From Alphaproteobacteria bacterium (GTDB lineage Bacteria; Pseudomonadota; Alphaproteobacteria; UBA2966): 64,000 nt of DNA. The notes beneath the pieces were generated by a model. The model did not search any database and was not told the DNA's origin. It saw nothing but the letters and a program-made list of their open reading frames with translations. Position 1 is the first letter of the stretch, and each line of letters begins with the position of its first letter. Below are positions 29,090-39,130 of this stretch, piece by piece. The stretch is taken from NCBI GenBank assembly GCA_964291395.2, contig OZ219856.1:1888001-1952000 (forward strand), read 5' to 3'. A program made the position numbers and the translations under genes.

Positions 29090-29458
29090 TCATCCGAACA
29101 ACAGCTCCGACAGCAATCGGTCGGGCGAAAGGGCGATTGCCCCGGCTATGACGAGACCGCTGAAGGTGCCGATCATCCAGCCGGCGTGATTGCGAACCTT
29201 GCCCCGCCTGATGGCCAGGACTCCCATGGTCACGGCGAACAAAGTCCATACGGAAAGCAGATGAATGATGCTGAAGCCCGCCCCCTCGCGGATCTGGAGA
29301 ATCCAAAAGGACACGATCGACGTGATCACGATCAACCCCACCCAGGTCCGGCCGAACGCCTTGTGCGTGGGCGTACCCTTGGGTCTCAGAAGCACGAAGG
29401 AACCGAATCCCAAGGCCGCCAATGCGGTGACGAGGTGGATCGCGATGGGGATGGTCAT
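29090..29458 (-). CDS. DUF2306-like membrane protein
   Basis: KGTPTHKAFGRTWV and FSIIHLLS motifs. Confidence 0.75.
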   Translation of the reverse strand: MTIPIAIHLVTALAALGFGSFVLLRPKGTPTHKAFGRTWVGLIVITSIVSFWILQIREGAGFSIIHLLSVWTLFAVTMGVLAIRRGKVRNHAGWMIGTFSGLVIAGAIALSPDRLLSELLFG

Positions 29459-29571
29459 GACCGCGGGGCACTATACACGCTGAACGGGATGAAACCTTTT
29501 CTCGCCGGGCCCGGTAGTGGACACTGGCCTTCCAGCCATCCTTCGCAATCGACGGGAAGAGGTTTCTAGAC

Positions 29572-30567
29572 ATGAAAGCGGTGGAAATCGACGCCTTCGG
29601 CGGAATCGACGTGCTCCAGATCCGGGACGTGCCCGAGCCCGAGCCGGCGGAGAACGAGGTCGTCGTGAAGCTGTCCTATGCCGGGGTCAACTACACGGAC
29701 ATCTATCGCCGGAACGGCGACTACGCCCAGTCCCCGACCTATCCGACACCGCTCCCGGCGCGCATCGGAGTCGATGGTGCGGGCACCGTGAGCGCGGTCG
29801 GAAATGCGGTGTCCGACATGGCCGTCGGCGACCGCGTGGCTTTCACCCGCATCCAGGGAAGCTACGCCGAATACGCCGCCGTGCCCGACGCCGTGGTCAT
29901 GCCGGTGCCCGGTGAATTGGCACTGGACGTGGCGGCGGCCCTGATCACGCAAGGCACGACAGCTCATTACCTCGCCACGTCTGCCTGGCCGCTGGAGGCC
30001 GGAAACACCTGCCTCGTTCATGCCGGTGCCGGCGGTGTAGGACAGCTCCTGATCCAGATCGCCAAGATCAGGGGCGCGCGGGTGCTGGCCACGGTGGGAT
30101 CGGCGGAAAAAGCCGAGATCGCAGCGTCAAGAGGCGCCGACACGACCATCCTCTACCGCGACGTGGATTTTCGGGAAGCCGTGATGGATGCGACCAACGG
30201 CAGGGGCGCGGATGTGGTCTACGACTCCGTCGGCAAAGCAACGTTCCATGATTCCATCCGCTGCCTGCGCCCGCGCGGACTCTGCGTCCTGTTCGGCCAC
30301 GCCTCGGGCAAGGTCGACAGCCTCGACCCCTTGGATCTGTCCGAGGCCGGGTCGGTCTTCTTTACCCGCCCGCACATGGCGCACTACATCCAGACGCGGG
30401 ACGAACTCGCCGATCGCTGGCGGGATCTCGCCGGCTGGGCGCTCGACGGCCGTCTCGCCGTGGCCGTCGACCGCGTCCTGCCGCTCGACCGGGCGGGCGA
30501 GGCCCACCGGGTCATGGAAGCCCGCGAGTCCCGCGGCAAGCTCCTGTTGGAAGTCGGTGGGGGCTAG
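29572..30567 (+). CDS. NADPH:quinone oxidoreductase (zeta-crystallin/MDR family)
   Basis: GVNYTD, HAGAGGVG, YDSVG and GKLLL motifs. Confidence 0.9.
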   Translation: MKAVEIDAFGGIDVLQIRDVPEPEPAENEVVVKLSYAGVNYTDIYRRNGDYAQSPTYPTPLPARIGVDGAGTVSAVGNAVSDMAVGDRVAFTRIQGSYAEYAAVPDAVVMPVPGELALDVAAALITQGTTAHYLATSAWPLEAGNTCLVHAGAGGVGQLLIQIAKIRGARVLATVGSAEKAEIAASRGADTTILYRDVDFREAVMDATNGRGADVVYDSVGKATFHDSIRCLRPRGLCVLFGHASGKVDSLDPLDLSEAGSVFFTRPHMAHYIQTRDELADRWRDLAGWALDGRLAVAVDRVLPLDRAGEAHRVMEARESRGKLLLEVGGG

Positions 30568-30598
30568 AACCGTTCAAGCCGGCCCTGAACCGCCGTGA

Positions 30599-31447
30599 TC
30601 AATCGTCCGCCACCAGCTCCTGACGCTGAGTACCCAGACCCTCCACGCCGAGCTCCATCACGTCGCCGGGCTTGAGGAACCTGGGTGGCTTGAAGCCCGA
30701 ACCGACACCCGGCGGCGTGCCCGTCGACACGATATCGCCGGTCTGCAACGACATCATGGTGCTGAGATAGCTCAGCAGGTGTTTCAGGCCATAGACCATC
30801 TTGTCGGTGTTGCCGTCCTGCCGGGTCTCGCCGTTGACCTTCGTCCAGAGGCCGAGCTTCTGGGGATCGGCGATCTCATCGCGCGACACGAGCCAGGGAC
30901 CGATGGGTGCGAAGGTGTCGCAGGACTTTCCCTTGGTCCACTGGCCGGCACGGTGGAGCTGGAACTCGCGCTCGCTGACGTCGTTGCAGATGCAGTAGCC
31001 GGCGACGTGGTCGAGGGCATCGGCCTCGTCCACATACTTGCCCGGCGTGCCGACGACGGCGGCGAGTTCGACCTCGTAGTCGGTTTTCTCGGAACCGCGG
31101 GGGATGACGACCGGATCGTCGGGACCGCTGATCGCGCTGGTGGCCTTCATGAACAGCACGGGCTCGGGCGGCACGTCGAGCCCCGTCTCCGCCGCATGGT
31201 CGGAATAGTTGAGGCCGATGGCCATGATCTTGCCGACGCCAGCCACGGGTGGACCCAACCGCGGGCTTCCGTCGACCCGGGGCAGAGAGGCGGGATCGAG
31301 CGCCTCAAGCCTTGCCATGCCTTCCGGAAGCAGGACATCGCCCGCGATGTCGTCGACTTCCCCGGAAAGATCGCGGATGCCGCCATCCGCATCGACCAGG
31401 CCGGGTTTTTCCTGTCCCGCGGGACCATAGCGAACCAGTTTGACCAT
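30599..31447 (-). CDS. fumarylacetoacetate hydrolase family protein
   Basis: IGLNY, DYEVEL, NDVSER, GKSCDTFAP and TGTPPGVG motifs. Confidence 0.92.
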   Translation of the reverse strand: MVKLVRYGPAGQEKPGLVDADGGIRDLSGEVDDIAGDVLLPEGMARLEALDPASLPRVDGSPRLGPPVAGVGKIMAIGLNYSDHAAETGLDVPPEPVLFMKATSAISGPDDPVVIPRGSEKTDYEVELAAVVGTPGKYVDEADALDHVAGYCICNDVSEREFQLHRAGQWTKGKSCDTFAPIGPWLVSRDEIADPQKLGLWTKVNGETRQDGNTDKMVYGLKHLLSYLSTMMSLQTGDIVSTGTPPGVGSGFKPPRFLKPGDVMELGVEGLGTQRQELVADD

Positions 31448-31474
31448 AGTTCCTCCTGTGCGTTTGCGGGCGTG

Positions 31475-32353
31475 CTAGCCGCCGCCCTCTCCCACGGTCG
31501 CCCGCTCCACCGCGAGCCACCGCTCGATACCGATCGTCTCGTGAATCTGGTCGAGTTCCGACGCCTGGCCGTCCGAACCCAGGATCGGATCCGGCTCCCC
31601 GCGGGCGATCGCCTCGTACGATAACCGCAACGCCTTGTGCATGGCGAGCAGCGACGTCATGGGGTCGACCAGAAACCGGTATCCGAGTCCGTGGAGATCC
31701 TCCCGGCTCATCCCCAAGTTCGCGAGTCCGCCCCGCAAGGACATCATCATCAGGGGCGGCGGCAGGCGCTCCCCGACGAATCGCAGGTCGTCCGGCGTCG
31801 GCGCCAACACGAACAGCATGTCCGAGCCGGCCTCCTTGTAGGCTTCGGCCCTCCGCACGGCATCATCCCGTTGATCCTTCCGGATCTGGTTGGTGCGCCC
31901 GATGATGACGAAGTCGGAATCCCGCCGCGCGGCAACGGCTTCGCGGATCTTGGAGACCATCAGGTCCCGCGGGATGGGATGCTCGATGCCGATGTGGTGA
32001 TGCACCCGTTTGGGCATCAGCTGGTCCTCGATCTCGATCCCGGCCAGCCCCGCGGCCTCGCACATGGCGATCGTACGATGGAGGTGCACCGGATCGCCCC
32101 AGCCGCACGTCCCGTCGAGGACCAACGGCAGAGGGCAGGCGCTGCGGATATCGAGTGCGAGCTGGACGAACTCGGTGAGGGTCAATGTGGCCTCGGTGAA
32201 TCCGTTGACGTAGCCCGCCGCCCCGCCGCCGAGATAGATGGCCTTGAAGCCCGACCGCTCCGCGAGCTTCGCCGCGAGCGGGTTCATCACCTGCGGCGCA
32301 AGCAGAGGCTCGGGACCCTCCAACAAATCGCGGAATGCGCGTGCGGGCGTCAT
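31475..32353 (-). CDS. isocitrate lyase/PEP mutase family protein
   Basis: LVLDGTCGWG, IEIEDQLMPKRVHH and IIGRTN motifs; ATG at 32353 overlaps the upstream stop. Confidence 0.82.
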   Translation of the reverse strand: MTPARAFRDLLEGPEPLLAPQVMNPLAAKLAERSGFKAIYLGGGAAGYVNGFTEATLTLTEFVQLALDIRSACPLPLVLDGTCGWGDPVHLHRTIAMCEAAGLAGIEIEDQLMPKRVHHHIGIEHPIPRDLMVSKIREAVAARRDSDFVIIGRTNQIRKDQRDDAVRRAEAYKEAGSDMLFVLAPTPDDLRFVGERLPPPLMMMSLRGGLANLGMSREDLHGLGYRFLVDPMTSLLAMHKALRLSYEAIARGEPDPILGSDGQASELDQIHETIGIERWLAVERATVGEGGG

Positions 32354-32724
32354 GGATCCGTCCGGTCGCGGGCCGCGGGCAAGATCGCCGGCCGCCGGCT
32401 GACCTCGCCGAACCCGAAACGCTCCGCGGGGAAGGCGTCCTCGATATCCGTGGCTGCCCAGTTCAAATCGATGGGATGGGCCGTCTCCACGAACGTGATG
32501 AGCATATGGAACAGCGTCCGCGCGTCGTCCGGAAGATCGCCGAGATCCAGGGCGTTGAGGTAGTCGGCGATCTCCTCCGCCCGCGGCACCATGGCGTCGT
32601 AGAACCCGCGCAGCGTCTCGATGGACGTGGCCGTCAGTTTCACGAAACGGTCGCGCTCGTTCTCGAGCGCCCACTCCTCCGCGAACGGCTCGAGCTCGGC
32701 GAATTCGGACGGCAGTCTGCTCAC
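32350..32724 (-). CDS. hypothetical 124-aa protein coupled to the Rieske oxygenase
   Basis: overlaps both neighbours by 4 nt; plausible coding composition. Confidence 0.75.
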   Translation of the reverse strand: MSRLPSEFAELEPFAEEWALENERDRFVKLTATSIETLRGFYDAMVPRAEEIADYLNALDLGDLPDDARTLFHMLITFVETAHPIDLNWAATDIEDAFPAERFGFGEVSRRPAILPAARDRTDP

Positions 32725-33926
32725 GGGCGTGCGATCAGCTCATCGACCGCGGCGTAATGCTTCCGGAGCAGCATCTCCTGCTTCGACAGGTAGATGTTTT
32801 CCATGACGCCGGATTTGAGCTGCCGTGTAATCGCTTCGATCACCGCGACGTCCTCACGGAACACCTCGCGAAGACGGGTGCGGAAATAGGTCTGGCACAT
32901 GTGATCGTTCACGGTTTCCGGCTCGTAGGCGAACATCTCCGCCCGCATGAACGTCTTGTCCACGTCGATCGGCCAGAACCACGCGAGCGAATGCCAGTGC
33001 GCGCTGCACACCAGCATGATGTTGGGGAACACCTCGCCGACGTCGTGCAGCCAGTTCTCGATCCGCAGGGCGTTGACGCCCGATGGCAGACCGAGCTCCA
33101 CGGCGGCGTTGGGCGGGAACGTGGGATACATCTTGCGTCCGCGCTGGTAGGCGATGCCTTCGACCCTGGTGGGTTCGTGGTTGGGATTGCCTTCGACCGA
33201 GTAGCGGCCGTGGTAGTTGGTAACTTCCATGTACGGCCGGTGACGGTCCGGGTTGCCGGAGCCGCCCTGGTAGTCGGGCACCGTCGCCTTGTGGACGAAC
33301 AGCGCGTGGTATCCCTCCGTGAAGGAGTTGATGGCGACGTTCCAGTTGGCGTCGACCGTGATCTCGTGGGCCGCGATCTTCCGCCGGCCGCTGAAGAAAC
33401 CGCGATACTGGCCGTACATGGAGCCGAGCCACTCCTCCAGGGTCTCGCGCGGCTCCTTGTCGAAATTGACGAAGACGAAGTCCTCCCAGACTTCACAATG
33501 GACGGACAGAAGGCCGAGCGTCGCCTCGTCGATGTCCGTGAACTGGCCGCGGTCGGTGATGCCGGCAAGGCGACCGTCGTTGTGGTAGCTCCAGCCGTGG
33601 AAACCGCACACGAACGCCCGTGCCTGCCCACGACCTTCCGGGACCAGCTTGTTGGCGCGATGGCGGCACATGTTGTGGAAAGCGCGGACCTTCCCGTCCC
33701 CGCCTCTGGCGACGATCAAAGAGGTCTTGAGGGGCGGGATCTCCCGGCAGAGGTAATCGTTCTTCTCCGGGACATCGGAATCGCAGGCCACCAGGAGCCA
33801 GCCGCGCCGGAAAACCCTGTCCACTTCCCGCTGGAAAAACTCGGGCTGCATGCGCCGGAGCATGTTGACGCAACCGCCGAGGCCGCTGGTGTCGCCAACG
33901 AATCTGGTGGTGGTGACCTCCGTCAT
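32721..33926 (-). CDS. Rieske non-heme iron aromatic ring-hydroxylating oxygenase alpha subunit
   Basis: CRH...CGFHGW Rieske ligands; EGYHALFVH and a distal ED as mononuclear Fe ligands. Confidence 0.92.
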   Translation of the reverse strand: MTEVTTTRFVGDTSGLGGCVNMLRRMQPEFFQREVDRVFRRGWLLVACDSDVPEKNDYLCREIPPLKTSLIVARGGDGKVRAFHNMCRHRANKLVPEGRGQARAFVCGFHGWSYHNDGRLAGITDRGQFTDIDEATLGLLSVHCEVWEDFVFVNFDKEPRETLEEWLGSMYGQYRGFFSGRRKIAAHEITVDANWNVAINSFTEGYHALFVHKATVPDYQGGSGNPDRHRPYMEVTNYHGRYSVEGNPNHEPTRVEGIAYQRGRKMYPTFPPNAAVELGLPSGVNALRIENWLHDVGEVFPNIMLVCSAHWHSLAWFWPIDVDKTFMRAEMFAYEPETVNDHMCQTYFRTRLREVFREDVAVIEAITRQLKSGVMENIYLSKQEMLLRKHYAAVDELIARP

Positions 33927-34010
33927 GCCACGGCCCTCCTCAACTCGCCCCACGATAGCGGACCGGCCGGAGCTTGTCGCGACGCCCCCGGCCCTGCAGA
34001 CCTTCCCGCA

Positions 34011-35696
34011 TCACGCGGCCGCGAACTTCCGCAGAACATGCCCCGGGCGAGCGCCGTCCACGCAATAAGCGGCCCCATCCCAGACACGGGTGCCGTTCAC
34101 CCAAACGCCGTGAACGCCGATCGGATCACGCACCAGGCGGCTGGCGCCACCCGGAAGATCGAACGCGCGACGGGGTTTCGAGATGCCGACGGTGGCGGGA
34201 TCGAACAGGAAAAGATCGGCGAAATCCCCCTCGCGCACGCGTCCCCGGCCGACGATGCCGTAATGGTCGGCCTGATCGCTCGTAAGCTGCCGGATCGCGT
34301 CCTCAAGGGTCATGCTCTCCTTCTCGCGCACCCAACGCGACAGCAGGTAAAGCCCGTATCCGGCGTCGCACAGGAACGAGAGATGCGCCCCGGCATCCGA
34401 GAGCGCGAGGACGCTCGCCGGATGCTTGATCATCTCCTCGACGGCCTCTTCGTCGAAGTTCTGCACCTGGGCGACGAAAACCGTCCTGAGGCCTTCCTCC
34501 AGCGCCAGGTCAAAGAAGAAATCGACCGCATCCACCCCTTTCCGGCCGGCGACGGATCCGATCGTTTCGCCTTCGAGGTCACGATTGCCGCAGGACGAAG
34601 CTTCGGCAACTTGCACACGCGACCAGTCGCCATAGAAGATCTTCTGCGGTTTGGGAGCGACAAGCCCGGCCCGGAAGTCCTCGCGGAACGACGGATCGGC
34701 AATGGCCCTGGCGATCTTCTCGCTGTCGGCGCCCACCAGCGGATGCCAGGCATCGTGGCTGCCCATCAGATAAGCGTTCTCGAGGGTGAACTCCATGCTG
34801 ACGGGCTGACCCGTCACCTGGGCGAACACCCGGTGGCCGCGTTCCCGTGCTTCCGAAGCCTGGTCGAGCATGTTTCGCGCACGGTCGGGAATGGCGGGAA
34901 CGTGCAGGAGCGCCGACCAGAACACGGGGCGTTTGGTCATGTCCGCCCATCTCTCCATATCGGGTACCTGGATGTCGGGGCCGCTGGCGATCTGGAAGAT
35001 CCCGTGATCCGCTTCCGCGAGGGTGCCGACGAGGACGTCCCATTCCTCGCGAGCGGCGAGCCTCGACGGCATGGGCAGCCCATCGTCTCCGAAATGGTTG
35101 TGGGAATCGGACGACGCAAAGCCGATGGCGCCTGCATCCAGCGCTTCGGCCACCAGGGACCGCATGGTCTCGACCTCGTCATCCCGTGCTTCGCGCAGCG
35201 ACGCCTCTTCGCCCATGACGTAGGTCCGCGTCACCGAGTGGCCGGCGAGGACGGCCATATTGGGCACGATGCCGACGCGCTCCAGCATGTCGAGGTATTC
35301 CGGGAAGGATTCGTACTCCCAACGGATGCCCGCGCGCAGCGCCTCGATCGGCATGCCCTCCACCTGCGAGAGGTTGCGGGCGACGAGATCGCGGTGCTCG
35401 GGCCTGCACGGCGCGATGCCGAAGCCGCAGTTGCCGGACACGACCGTCGTCACGCCGAGAGACGTCGACGGCGAAGCGATCGGATCCCAGGTGATCTGGG
35501 CATCGTAATGGGTGTGAATGTCGACGAAGCCAGGCGCCAGCACGAGACCATCGGCATCGACCGTCCGCGCCGCCGCCTCGCCTTTGAGGTCACCCATGGC
35601 CACGATCCGGCCGTCGGCGACCGCCACGTCCGTATGCCGCAACGGCGCACCGGTGCCGTCCGCCACCTCCGCGCCCGTGATGAGAAGATCGTGCAT
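34011..35696 (-). CDS. N-acyl-D-amino-acid deacylase family amidohydrolase
   Basis: PGFVDIHTHYD, GNCGFG and SDAGAH motifs. Confidence 0.9.
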   Translation of the reverse strand: MHDLLITGAEVADGTGAPLRHTDVAVADGRIVAMGDLKGEAAARTVDADGLVLAPGFVDIHTHYDAQITWDPIASPSTSLGVTTVVSGNCGFGIAPCRPEHRDLVARNLSQVEGMPIEALRAGIRWEYESFPEYLDMLERVGIVPNMAVLAGHSVTRTYVMGEEASLREARDDEVETMRSLVAEALDAGAIGFASSDSHNHFGDDGLPMPSRLAAREEWDVLVGTLAEADHGIFQIASGPDIQVPDMERWADMTKRPVFWSALLHVPAIPDRARNMLDQASEARERGHRVFAQVTGQPVSMEFTLENAYLMGSHDAWHPLVGADSEKIARAIADPSFREDFRAGLVAPKPQKIFYGDWSRVQVAEASSCGNRDLEGETIGSVAGRKGVDAVDFFFDLALEEGLRTVFVAQVQNFDEEAVEEMIKHPASVLALSDAGAHLSFLCDAGYGLYLLSRWVREKESMTLEDAIRQLTSDQADHYGIVGRGRVREGDFADLFLFDPATVGISKPRRAFDLPGGASRLVRDPIGVHGVWVNGTRVWDGAAYCVDGARPGHVLRKFAAA

Positions 35697-35706
35697 GGTC
35701 AGTCCC

Positions 35707-36453
35707 CTAGGCGGCGCAGCGCCCACCGTCGACGGGCAGGAGCACGCCCGTCAGAAACGACGCGTCATCCGAGGCAAGAAAGACGGCGGCGCGGGCGACG
35801 TCCATGGGCTCACCGAGGCGCCCCATGGGAACCGTCGCCTCGAAGGCAGCGATCTTGTCCCGGTCGCCACCGAGAAAGGTATCGAGCATGGGCGTGTCCG
35901 TGGCGACAGGGCACAGCGCGTTGACGCGAATGTCCGGGGCCAGTTCCTGCGCCATGGTCAGCGTCAGGTTGGCGACCGCTCCCTTGCTCGCGTTGTACCA
36001 GGTGAGTCCCGGCCGCGGCCGGGCCGCCGCCGTCGACGCCGTATGGATGATCGCACTGCCGGACGTCATCCGGGGAATCCCGTGGACGGAGGTGAAGTAG
36101 ATGCTCTTCACGTTCACGTCGAAGATGCGATCGAAGGTTTCCTCGTCCGTCTCCGTGAGCGGCTGATTCCACTGGGGCACGCCGGCGTTGTTGACGAGCA
36201 CGTCGAAGCCGCCGTAGGCGTCCATGACGGCGTCGAACATGCCTTTCACGTCGTCGCCGTCCGCGACGTCCGCCCTGTGGAACATCGCCTCGCCGCCGGC
36301 CTTTCCGATGTCGTCAACCACCGACCGGCCGGTGTCGTCGTTGAGGTCGTTGACCACGACGCGGGCGCCTTCCCTGGCAAATTCGGTCGCCATCGCCGCC
36401 CCGAACCCGGAGCCGGCCCCGGTGATGATCGCGGTCTTCCCTTCGAGGCGCAT
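35707..36453 (-). CDS. SDR family oxidoreductase
   Basis: TGAGSGFG, NNAG and YNASK motifs. Confidence 0.93.
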   Translation of the reverse strand: MRLEGKTAIITGAGSGFGAAMATEFAREGARVVVNDLNDDTGRSVVDDIGKAGGEAMFHRADVADGDDVKGMFDAVMDAYGGFDVLVNNAGVPQWNQPLTETDEETFDRIFDVNVKSIYFTSVHGIPRMTSGSAIIHTASTAAARPRPGLTWYNASKGAVANLTLTMAQELAPDIRVNALCPVATDTPMLDTFLGGDRDKIAAFEATVPMGRLGEPMDVARAAVFLASDDASFLTGVLLPVDGGRCAA

Positions 36454-36472
36454 CGCCGGTCCCCCTCGTTCG

Positions 36473-36925
36473 CTAACCCGCCCGGTCGGCGCGGTCGATC
36501 AGGCCCTCGCCGAAGCTGACCTTCTGCCACAATCCCTGGGCCGTGAGAACCGTCTTGTCCCCCGACGTCAGAACGCCGCGGGCCCAGACCACTCTGCCGC
36601 CCTCGCGCGTGATCTCGGACAGTCCTTCGACCCACTCGCCGAGCCTGACCGAGCTCATGAAACTGATGTTGAGGTTCACGGTCACCGCCTCGATGCCCGC
36701 GCGGATGAGCGACGTGGTGATCAACTGATCGGTAAACGTGCACAACATGCCGCCCTGAACCAGTCCGACCTGATTGATGTGCTTTTCCAGAGCCCGAAAG
36801 GCGCGGACGAAACCGCCGTCCGGCAGGTCCTTGTGATAGTACGGCCCGACCAGCTCGCCGAACGGACCGGGATGGTAGTAGGCCTCGAATCCGGGCGGGA
36901 TGTCGTCCTCGGCAACCTTGGTCAC
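36473..36925 (-). CDS. PaaI/hotdog-fold thioesterase
   Basis: HINQVGLVQGGMLCTFTD and TVNLNISF motifs. Confidence 0.85.
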   Translation of the reverse strand: MTKVAEDDIPPGFEAYYHPGPFGELVGPYYHKDLPDGGFVRAFRALEKHINQVGLVQGGMLCTFTDQLITTSLIRAGIEAVTVNLNISFMSSVRLGEWVEGLSEITREGGRVVWARGVLTSGDKTVLTAQGLWQKVSFGEGLIDRADRAG

Positions 36926-36937
36926 GCCGGCTTCCCC

Positions 36938-39031
36938 TTAGCGATGGGCGATCAGGAGCGAGGGAACGGCGCAGGTCACGGCGGGCTCCAGCGCCGCGCG
37001 GTCACCGTCCTTCCGCCAGACGCACGAGGTAATCTCGCCGGTCTCCAGGTTCACCCAGTTGCCGGCGCCGCCGTCCGCGTAACAGGCGTGCCGACCGACC
37101 ACGGCGCCCACGTCCATATCGCCTTCCGGCAACAACAGGAACAGCCGGAGCCGGTCTTCCGCCCCGTGCAGCATGGCCACCCGGCCACCCGCGGCCTCGG
37201 CGATATCCAACGCCGTCATCTCGCCACCGACCGCCTTCAGGACGCCATGGACATGGCGGACCATCCGGGCGGCGAGGCGCGGGTTGAACAGGCGGTCGAT
37301 CAGGCCGTTGCGCATGAAGTAGCCGCGGTCCTGGTCGACGAGAGTATCCAGGAACACGGTCAAGCGGTCCGCCGCGAGCGCCGCGGCCGTCGCCTCGGCG
37401 GCGCGACAGGCCGTGGCCAGGTCGTCCATCTGGCCGCCCCGCATGTCGTCGGCCGCGAAGCGGACGTTGACGATGGCCCGATTGCCCTGGGCCGCCGCGA
37501 ACTCCTGCGCCTCGCGAATGCCGGACCAAGCGGACACGCTGCGGTCGACCCGGAACACGACGCCGTCGATGAGCTCGCCGGCGCCGATCGAGGCCACGAA
37601 TCGGGCGACGTGTCCGCGTTCCTCGATGGGGAAGCCGCTCGAGATCATGTGCTTGAAAGTCCCGCCCTCGTGGGCCGATTGCGCCAGCGAGTGGAGCGCC
37701 GACAGATAGATCGGCGCGTCCGCCTTGGCCTTGATGTCGCGGATGGCCGCGACGGCCGTCTCCGCCTCGTCCTCCGGCACGATGAACTCGAGGGCGTCGT
37801 AGGCGTCCCGGCAATCGGCGAGCGCGGCGACGATCTTCGGTCCCGGCGTACCGTAGGTGAACACGGTGAACTCGTGACCGGCGGACTTGAGCTCACGCAT
37901 CCGCCGCAACGACGCCGGGTCGATCAGGTCTCCCGCGGGCGTCCGAACCTTCTTCACGCCCATCTCCCACAAGGCCAGCAGCGGATAGTCGTTGCGGACC
38001 CGTTTGCGCATGAATTCGTCGAGCGCGTAGTTGTGCGGAATGGTCGTCACCTCGCTCCAGGGGTGGCGGAGCTGGACGCCCACCGACGCCGGCGCGTCGT
38101 CGCGACTGTGAACGGCCGGCAAGGTGGGAGGCGCCTCCGGAAATTCCTCCCCTTCCGCCAACATGCGGCCGTAGCTGCGGATGTTGTGGGCGATGTGACC
38201 GTTCCCGTAGACCTCCACCACGAAATAACCGAGCTTGGGCCCGTCGTTGCGGCCGCCTTCCAGCGAGGGCTCGGGCCGCGAGCGCGCGAACTCCGCGTAA
38301 TCCTGGCGGACGAACGAGACCGAAGGCAGGACGTAATGTTCCGTCGCGCCCTGACGGTTGTAGAAGAAGTTGTGCACGTGGCCCGCGAAGACCGCCTCGA
38401 TTTCGTGCTTCTCGATCAGACCCAGGAGCCAGCTCCGTGCCGGCTCGTCGATGTTGTCGTAGTGGGTCTCTTCGTCCGGGTCGGTGACGTACGGCGGGTA
38501 GTGCGTGAAGAGGAAAATCCGTTCGCAACCGGTCTCGGCCAGGTCCTTCTCCAGCCAGGCCCGCTGCTCGGCCTCGAGATCGAGGCCGGAATTCATGACC
38601 GGCGAATTGATCAGCACGAAGTGGATGCCCTCGTGGTCGAAGGAGCCGTAATGCGGGCCGAACAGCTCCTCGTAGGTCTTCAGGAAGGCGTCGTTCACCT
38701 GCACGGCCGGCATCCATGAGATCTTCTTGTCGCCGCAGTCGTGGTTGCCCGGCGTGATGTGCAGGGGTGGCTCGACGCGCTCGTAGAGCCTGTTGAAATC
38801 CTCCGCGACCTGACCGAATGTCGGGTGACCCGGCACCGGATGTACGAGGTCGCCCATGTGGATGACGAAGTCGGGCTCCAGCCGGTTGACCTCCTCGATC
38901 ACGTAGCGGGAGCGCGCGTTCGCCATCGCGTTGGTCTCGAACGGCGAGGAATTCTCGTCGCCCGGATTCATATGGGAGTCCGCGATCAGCGCGAACGTGA
39001 ACAAGGGCGATTCGCCGTAAGCGATGGTCAT
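36938..39031 (-). CDS. metallophosphoesterase with a long unassigned C-terminal region
   Basis: DSH, GDL, GNHD, FTHYP and GHVH calcineurin-like motifs in the first ~230 aa; GGAGG RBS before ATG 39031. Confidence 0.85.
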   Translation of the reverse strand: MTIAYGESPLFTFALIADSHMNPGDENSSPFETNAMANARSRYVIEEVNRLEPDFVIHMGDLVHPVPGHPTFGQVAEDFNRLYERVEPPLHITPGNHDCGDKKISWMPAVQVNDAFLKTYEELFGPHYGSFDHEGIHFVLINSPVMNSGLDLEAEQRAWLEKDLAETGCERIFLFTHYPPYVTDPDEETHYDNIDEPARSWLLGLIEKHEIEAVFAGHVHNFFYNRQGATEHYVLPSVSFVRQDYAEFARSRPEPSLEGGRNDGPKLGYFVVEVYGNGHIAHNIRSYGRMLAEGEEFPEAPPTLPAVHSRDDAPASVGVQLRHPWSEVTTIPHNYALDEFMRKRVRNDYPLLALWEMGVKKVRTPAGDLIDPASLRRMRELKSAGHEFTVFTYGTPGPKIVAALADCRDAYDALEFIVPEDEAETAVAAIRDIKAKADAPIYLSALHSLAQSAHEGGTFKHMISSGFPIEERGHVARFVASIGAGELIDGVVFRVDRSVSAWSGIREAQEFAAAQGNRAIVNVRFAADDMRGGQMDDLATACRAAEATAAALAADRLTVFLDTLVDQDRGYFMRNGLIDRLFNPRLAARMVRHVHGVLKAVGGEMTALDIAEAAGGRVAMLHGAEDRLRLFLLLPEGDMDVGAVVGRHACYADGGAGNWVNLETGEITSCVWRKDGDRAALEPAVTCAVPSLLIAHR

Positions 39032-39130
39032 CAGATCCTCCCTGGTAAATCCCGCCCTCGGACGGAGCGGCACCGTCGCGGCGGCCTCGCCACCGGAACG
39101 GCGCCAGTCAAACCGCAACCGCTCCCGGAA

